NCBI GenBank assembly: GCA_041548245.1
Contig: JBFESZ010000070.1
Coordinates: 1-11,442, forward strand
Reading direction: 5' to 3'
Origin: Sulfurimonadaceae bacterium
GTDB lineage: Bacteria; Campylobacterota; Campylobacteria; Campylobacterales; Sulfurimonadaceae
DNA: 11,442 nt
Below, one piece after another: positions 6,731 through 11,442 of this stretch; the first letter of the stretch is position 1; every line of letters begins with the position of its first letter. A program made the translations under genes and the position numbers. The notes below the pieces were generated by a model, which made no database searches, was not told where the DNA came from, and saw nothing but the letters and a program-made list of their open reading frames with translations.

Positions 6731-7576
6731 GTGTTGAATTCCAAAAGTCGAAAAAGACGCTTGCATCTTTACAAAGAGAGAAAAGATTATTATTTTGATA
6801 TTGAGGTTATCACGGATCTGGCAAAGGCTCAAGGTCAGAGTGTAAGAGCAATCAAAGAAGAGGTAAGAAGTTTTTTTAGCAGCAATTGGAAAGACTTTGG
6901 AGATGAGTTTATAGATCACTCTCTTCTGGATTCAAAGTGGTTACTGCTGGTTCGTAGAAAGGGTTGTTTAATCGCTATCGCAACGGTGCATAAGATAAGC
7001 TTGTTGGGAAAAACGTTTTATAACTTCAAAACCGATGGTGTCGCACCGCAGTATCACTCTCTTGGTCTTTTGGGACGAATGAGCCAGATACTGTTTGCAT
7101 ATGCTTACCGAGATAATCTTATGTCTCAAAGGTCCTTTGACATAGACATTATCTTTTCTACGCCGAACCTAAGGATACTCGGCTTTTTTAGCAAAAACTC
7201 GACACATATCTATCCTAACCCTTATCTGTATGATGAGGAAAAAAACTCGATAGAACTTCCGGATGAGAGAACTTGGAGGTATATCCAAGCTTATAACAAA
7301 GTTGACTTTCCTCCTAACTTACCCTTGTCCAAAGAAGCCTGTGTCGTCGAAGACAACACATCGGAATGGCCCTACATCTGTTATGAAACTTCTGGTATAC
7401 CCTATTACAAAGAGGATATTGTCAATAAGTTTGGCGACCATTACCTGCAGTACAAAGCGGGCAAGCATCGTCTTTTTCTTGTGTATGCACACATCACACT
7501 GATTGATGTAATAAGATATTTTGTCAAGGTTGCACTGAGAATCGTCAAAGATAGTTTATTTAAGGTTTTTCGTTAG
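6731..7576 (+). CDS. Hypothetical protein, probable divergent GNAT-fold acyltransferase
   Basis: 281-aa ORF with an uncertain GTG/TTG start. Beta-strands WLLLVRRKGCLIAIATV are followed by motif-A-like GVAPQYHSLGLLGRM. The C-terminal helix is basic and amphipathic. Confidence 0.55.
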   Translation: MLNSKSRKRRLHLYKERKDYYFDIEVITDLAKAQGQSVRAIKEEVRSFFSSNWKDFGDEFIDHSLLDSKWLLLVRRKGCLIAIATVHKISLLGKTFYNFKTDGVAPQYHSLGLLGRMSQILFAYAYRDNLMSQRSFDIDIIFSTPNLRILGFFSKNSTHIYPNPYLYDEEKNSIELPDERTWRYIQAYNKVDFPPNLPLSKEACVVEDNTSEWPYICYETSGIPYYKEDIVNKFGDHYLQYKAGKHRLFLVYAHITLIDVIRYFVKVALRIVKDSLFKVFR

Positions 7577-7631
7577 TCTGAATGAAATAGTTTAGATTGA
7601 TAGATGGTTTATATTTTATTATAGATGAACG

Positions 7632-7656
7632 GAAAAGAGCTTAGGCTTAGCCTAAG
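7632..7656 (-). terminator. Hairpin centred on the ABM gene stop codon, probable terminator
   Basis: Minus strand reads CTTAGGC-TAA-GCCTAAG (7656-7640) followed by CTCTTTTC. Confidence 0.5.
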
Positions 7657-7934
7657 ACCTCTAGTTCATCGGTATATTTATCTAAACAGTATGGTTCATA
7701 AGAAGATTTGTAAATAGCATAATGGTCTGAAGCCTTGTGACCATCGAGTGCTGCTTCGTCACGCCATGTTTCCACGGCCATGAACTTTTCCGGTTTGTCT
7801 TTATATTGTACGATCTCATAAAACAGGCAGCCGTCTTCTGCCTTTGATGGTTTAACCATAGCGCTTAAAAGCTCTTTCATCTTTTCAATGCCATCGGGTT
7901 TAGCAATAAATGTTACTCTTTTGGTGATTGTCAT
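7647..7934 (-). CDS. ABM-family protein (putative quinol monooxygenase; YgiN/LsrG fold)
   Basis: 95 aa. SKAEDGCLFYE, FMAVETWRDEAALDGHKASDHY match the E.GC..Y and E.W.d..al..H..s.H pattern. SD AGGA upstream. Confidence 0.9.
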   Translation of the reverse strand: MTITKRVTFIAKPDGIEKMKELLSAMVKPSKAEDGCLFYEIVQYKDKPEKFMAVETWRDEAALDGHKASDHYAIYKSSYEPYCLDKYTDELEVLG

Positions 7935-7940
7935 ATTCTG

Positions 7941-7964
7941 TCCTAACTTGTTTTTAGGATTATA
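7941..7964 (-). promoter_or_regulatory. Promoter (-10 TATAAT) and SD of the ABM gene, overlapped by an inverted repeat
   Basis: Minus strand TTTAGATATAAT with -10 at 7964-7959. TCCTAA-N7-TTAGGA at 7941-7959. Confidence 0.55.
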
Positions 7965-8012
7965 TCTAAAGTGACATCATTATTAAAATAGGAATGTAAG
8001 TCTGATGAATGA

Positions 8013-8131
8013 GAATCTGAAATACTGAAAGGAGATAAGTTTGAAAAGGAATTTTAAAAACAGATATGTCAAATTTTAAAATCTGGGGTTTCACATGCAC
8101 GACATAAGCTGTCGGAATTGAATCTGAAATA
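8013..8131. repeat. 12-bp direct repeat GAATCTGAAATA (two copies)
   Basis: Exact copies at 8013-8024 and 8120-8131 in the 284-bp divergent intergenic region. Confidence 0.6.
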
Positions 8132-8218
8132 TCCAATATTAGGGTGTTTAAATATTGTTGATGCAAAAATAAAAAAAAGGTGTAATATTCCGTCCAAATT
8201 TAACACAGAGAAGACTAC

Positions 8219-9199
8219 ATGGCGAATTTGATCGTCAACAAACGTACCCTAAAACCCTTTGAAATGAGTACTCGTCCACTTATCGAGTCCTACTTGAAAA
8301 AACTTCATGTTGATCTTAGCGATTACACTTTTGCCTCTAACTATATCTGGCTTTCTAGCAGCAGCGGTTTCTATGCCATTATCGATAAATGCTTTTGTCT
8401 TTTTGTCATGACAGGAGGTGAACTGACTATGCTTCTTCCACCTTTGGGAAAAAAGAAGAATATCACTAAAGCCATCATCAGCTGTTTTGAGCTGATGAAT
8501 GCGAATAACAGTTCGCGATACTATTCTCGTATCGATTATGTTCAAGGTTCGATGATAGAGGAGTTTGTTCAGACTACCGATGAGGCAGAGACGATGTTTC
8601 AAATGCTGGAGCATTACCTTGTGGAGAAGAAACTTGTCGATTATGTTTATGCAGCCGATTCACTCATAGAACTTCGTGGAAACAGCTACCATACAAAACG
8701 TACAGAGATCAACAAGTTTATCAAGTCCTATCCCGAGCATCGTATTGAAATACTTGATATCGACAAGCACCAGGATGAAGTGATGAATCTGTTTAACAAG
8801 TGGGTCAGTGACCGTGTCAGATATATGCCCAAAGAGGAGGCGGAGCTTTTTCTCGAGGGGATTCATCAGGAACGCCACGCCATTAAACGCATGTTGAGAA
8901 ACTACATCGAACTCGATTTAATCGGTATAGTTATTTATATCAATGATGAACTTAAGGGATTTACTGTGGGCGAGCGTATCAATGACGACACAGCAACCGT
9001 CATTATTGAAAAGACCGATTTTGAAATACTTGGGTGTGCTCAGTATATTTTCAGAGAGTTCTCCCGGATATTGAAAGATCATTATAATGTCGCTTACATC
9101 AATGTGGGTGATGATATGGGCTTTGAAAACCTAAAAAAAGTCAAAATGTCCTATCGCCCGTTCAAGCTTGTGCCAAAATACACAATTTATCAAAAATGA
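8219..9199 (+). CDS. Stand-alone DUF2156 / phosphatidylglycerol lysyltransferase C-terminal-like domain (aminoacyl-tRNA-dependent transferase fold)
   Basis: Motifs SDYTFASNYIW, LPPLG, DYVY, LRGNSYHTKRTEINKF, IEKTD...GCAQYIF, YINVGDDMGFENLKKVKMSYRP. No transmembrane region. Confidence 0.85.
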   Translation: MANLIVNKRTLKPFEMSTRPLIESYLKKLHVDLSDYTFASNYIWLSSSSGFYAIIDKCFCLFVMTGGELTMLLPPLGKKKNITKAIISCFELMNANNSSRYYSRIDYVQGSMIEEFVQTTDEAETMFQMLEHYLVEKKLVDYVYAADSLIELRGNSYHTKRTEINKFIKSYPEHRIEILDIDKHQDEVMNLFNKWVSDRVRYMPKEEAELFLEGIHQERHAIKRMLRNYIELDLIGIVIYINDELKGFTVGERINDDTATVIIEKTDFEILGCAQYIFREFSRILKDHYNVAYINVGDDMGFENLKKVKMSYRPFKLVPKYTIYQK

Positions 9200-9651
9200 T
9201 CATAAGAGACGCTCTGAGCAGGGATGTAAAAGCACTTTCAATTCTTGAAAAGAGTCTTTTTGACACGGCAAACTATGCCCTCTGTGCTCAATCTTTTTAT
9301 TATCACATCCGCCATAATATAGTACTGGTGGCACAATCAAATGAGGGTGTCATCTCAGGCTATCTTTTACTCCTTGTGCGTCGGCGTAAGGCGAAACTGT
9401 ATTCGATAGGGGTCCATACCGCCTATAGAGGTAGGGGAGTCGCTGGTTCTCTTTTGGAGACGATGGATACTCGGTTGTCACAGCAGGGGTTTAGGCATGT
9501 TGTCTTGGAAGTACGATGTGATAATGAGAATGCGATCGACTTGTATTCAAAAAATGGTTTTAAGGTTGTCAAAACGCTTCAATGCTTTTATAAAGATGGT
9601 GCTGATGCCTATCTTATGGAGAAAGAGTATGCCGACACGTCATTATCTTAA
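9196..9651 (+). CDS. RimI-like GNAT N-acetyltransferase
   Basis: Motif A LYSIGVHTAYRGRGVA and motif B LEVRCDNENAIDLYSKNGF, then FYKDGADAYLM. ATGA overlap with the DUF2156 stop. Confidence 0.9.
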   Translation: MIIRDALSRDVKALSILEKSLFDTANYALCAQSFYYHIRHNIVLVAQSNEGVISGYLLLLVRRRKAKLYSIGVHTAYRGRGVAGSLLETMDTRLSQQGFRHVVLEVRCDNENAIDLYSKNGFKVVKTLQCFYKDGADAYLMEKEYADTSLS

Positions 9652-10276
9652 ACTCTTTAAAGAATTCAACAAGAGCAAACTATTGCGTCTTCAGGTATGG
9701 GTTCTTTTTTTAACTACCTATATCGACTGGGTCATTATGCCTTTTGTGACAAAACTTGAGGGAACTCATCTTCCGGTGTTCGCTATCAGTCTGTATATGC
9801 TTCTTGGGGCATCTGACGGTTTTGTTCAGCCTCTTTTTAAAAAGGTCAAGATATACAACATCTATCTTTTTGTTATTATCCTTGATTCGATACAGATTTT
9901 AAGTTATTGGCTCGCACATTACAATATTGTCATCTTTACTTATGCAATATTGAGCATCTTCACACTGCAGGCGATTACATTTGAAATCTCACGTATTCAT
10001 ACCATTGATTTTATGAAAGAAGAGATAGAGCTTAAAGAGTATCTGATGCTGAGGTCTTTTATCGTCTCATCAGCGATCATTGCGGGTGCAATTACAGCTA
10101 TAGTTATCGATGCTTTGGATGTGACCTTGCAGACAACGCTAATGATATTGGCGTTACTTGGGTTTCTTGCAATCATTATCGAGTACAGGTTATATGTGAA
10201 ATTTCATGACATTGTTCAAGAAGAGATTATAATCGAACGAGATAGAAAGCTTCTTAATGAGAAGATCTCACTTTAA
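9629..10276 (+). CDS. Six-TM integral membrane protein resembling half of an MFS transporter
   Basis: 215 aa from ATG 9629 (SD GGAG at 9618-9621; 23-nt overlap with the GNAT gene). Six hydrophobic segments by eye. The MFS resemblance is inference. Confidence 0.7.
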   Translation: MPTRHYLKLFKEFNKSKLLRLQVWVLFLTTYIDWVIMPFVTKLEGTHLPVFAISLYMLLGASDGFVQPLFKKVKIYNIYLFVIILDSIQILSYWLAHYNIVIFTYAILSIFTLQAITFEISRIHTIDFMKEEIELKEYLMLRSFIVSSAIIAGAITAIVIDALDVTLQTTLMILALLGFLAIIIEYRLYVKFHDIVQEEIIIERDRKLLNEKISL

Positions 10277-10290
10277 AAGAGAGTCTCGAC

Positions 10291-11442
10291 TTAAAGTCCT
10301 GGAGCTCTCCACATAGAAGTGGTGACACCTTTGTCCACCAGTTGCAAAGAAGAGGAATATGCTTCTTTCCATATTGCGGCTACATCTTGATAGAGTGAGG
10401 CATTTTCTTGATTGGGAAGATAGCTCTTCTCCCACTGAATCAGTGCTTTAGAAGCTTGTACAATTGAGTCATATTCACCTGTAGCTACACCGCAGGCAAA
10501 GGCACCTCCAAGTGCGGTCGCTTCATTGACTTTAGGGATACGAATCTCTCTCTGGGTGACATCGGCCAGGATTTGGGACCATAAAGCTCCTTTGGAAGCA
10601 CCTCCTGCAAAGGTGATGCACTGAGCTTGTGCTCCAGTAAACTCAAAGATTGATTCAAGGTTTAACATGGAGACGATGGCAGCGTTTTCTTCTAGTGAAC
10701 GAAACATGGCCGCTTTGGCATCACTCTGGTTTATATTGAGATTTAAAAAGGAGGGGGCAGCATGATACCATTTTCCATATTTCATCGTATCGGAAAAGAT
10801 AGGCAATATTCCGTGTGATCCAGCAGGTACCAAAGAAGCCTCAGCTTCAAGAAGACTGTAAGGATCTATACCTGCTTCTTTAGCTCGTACCATTTCTTCA
10901 TGGCAGAAGTTGTCGCGAAACCAGCGCATGACCATACCGGAGAAAAAACTTATTCCTTCGGCTTGGGATATCCCTTCGATGACATGTGGATTGACACGGA
11001 TATTCATGTTAGGATGGGTAAGAGGCTTATCCATGTTTACCAGTTGTTGCCAGAATGTTCCACCGAGAATAGCAGTCTGATTGCTTTCTACGACTCCCAG
11101 TCCGGCAGTTCCAAGCTGTACATCGCCCCCTCCCATAACCACAGGTGTACCTGCTATCAGTCCAGTCTCTTTTGCAGCTTGTATGCTCACTTCGCCCATG
11201 TGTGTCCCAGTCTCATATACAGGTGGAAAGATGTCATCTTTAATCCCCACCTTCGCGGCCATTGTTTTGTCCCATTGGCGTGTTTTAAGAGAAAAAACAC
11301 CCGTAGTACCTGCATTGGAAGGATCAGTCGCGATCACATTGCAGAGCTTAGCAAGTACCCAGTCACTGATCATTGAGATATTGGCTGTTCTCTCGTAGAG
11401 TGAAGGTCTGTTCTGTTTTACCCAAAGCAGACGGGGAAGGGC
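10291..11442 (-). CDS. lsrK: Autoinducer-2 kinase LsrK (FGGY family); 5' end lies outside the window
   Basis: The frame is open to the window edge (ALPRLLWVKQNRPSLYERTANISMISDW...). LsrK-type segments DPSNAGTTG, GGGDVQLG, LGGTFWQQ, RVNPHVI, WYHAAPSF, LEENAAIVS and terminal TTSMWRAPGL closely match E. coli LsrK as I recall it. Confidence 0.92.
   Translation of the reverse strand, partial: ALPRLLWVKQNRPSLYERTANISMISDWVLAKLCNVIATDPSNAGTTGVFSLKTRQWDKTMAAKVGIKDDIFPPVYETGTHMGEVSIQAAKETGLIAGTPVVMGGGDVQLGTAGLGVVESNQTAILGGTFWQQLVNMDKPLTHPNMNIRVNPHVIEGISQAEGISFFSGMVMRWFRDNFCHEEMVRAKEAGIDPYSLLEAEASLVPAGSHGILPIFSDTMKYGKWYHAAPSFLNLNINQSDAKAAMFRSLEENAAIVSMLNLESIFEFTGAQAQCITFAGGASKGALWSQILADVTQREIRIPKVNEATALGGAFACGVATGEYDSIVQASKALIQWEKSYLPNQENASLYQDVAAIWKEAYSSSLQLVDKGVTTSMWRAPGL

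Noticed and set aside
7647-7934. Calling the ABM gene lsrG
   Set aside because: The sequence looks like a generic ABM protein (EDGCLFY, ETW) rather than E. coli LsrG (EEGNLRF, EAY), and it is not adjacent to lsrK.
8013-8131. CRISPR array or IS ends
   Set aside because: Only two 12-bp copies, no regular spacers, and no cas or transposase gene.
7966-8166. 66-aa minus-strand ORF as a gene
   Set aside because: TTG start with no SD and no recognisable motif; the hydrophobicity is explained by T-rich sequence. It cannot be fully excluded.
4587-8878. ORFs 4587-4793, 6407-6607, 6689-6919, 7263-7502, 8249-8614, 8660-8878
   Set aside because: They overlap stronger genes and show no independent SD or motif support.
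9497-9628. N-terminal extension of the 6-TM ORF given in the ORF track
   Set aside because: It would overlap the GNAT gene by 155 nt, whereas ATG 9629 has a good SD.
9196-9651. Calling the GNAT gene rimI
   Set aside because: RimI-like motifs are shared by many GNATs, and the operon context suggests another substrate.
10270-10297. ACTTTAA...TTAAAGT hairpin across the two convergent stop codons as a bidirectional terminator
   Set aside because: The stem is weak and AT-rich, arises largely from both genes ending CTT TAA, and has no U-tract.
10900-11398. Plus-strand ORFs 10900-11376 and 11081-11398
   Set aside because: They are antisense shadows of lsrK.

Overview
AT-rich bacterial chromosomal window. 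Gene content and TATAAT-type promoters preceded by AT-rich tracts suggest Campylobacterota, possibly Sulfurimonas/Sulfurovum-like; this taxonomy is inference only. Left to right: (1) the 3' end of a molybdopterin (DMSO-reductase family) oxidoreductase, then a separately promoted four-gene accessory operon encoding a TorD/DmsD chaperone, a 26-Cys polyferredoxin, a shikimate-dehydrogenase-fold protein lacking the AroE catalytic residues, and an acidic hypothetical protein; (2) a minus-strand pair encoding a small membrane protein and a 32-aa single-pass microprotein missing from the ORF track; (3) upp and a DUF4197-like exported protein; (4) a stand-alone RhaD/YuxG-type class II aldolase, a divergent GNAT-like protein and an ABM-family protein; (5) an overlapping three-gene operon encoding a stand-alone DUF2156 (aminoacyl-tRNA-dependent transferase fold), a RimI-like GNAT and a 6-TM 'half-MFS'-like protein; (6) the 3' part of the AI-2 kinase gene lsrK. 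I found no rRNA, tRNA, CRISPR array or mobile element. The best candidates for undescribed biology are the AroE pseudoenzyme in the Mo-enzyme accessory operon, the DUF2156-GNAT-6TM operon and the hidden microprotein. All family assignments come from motifs recognised by eye; no searches were run.
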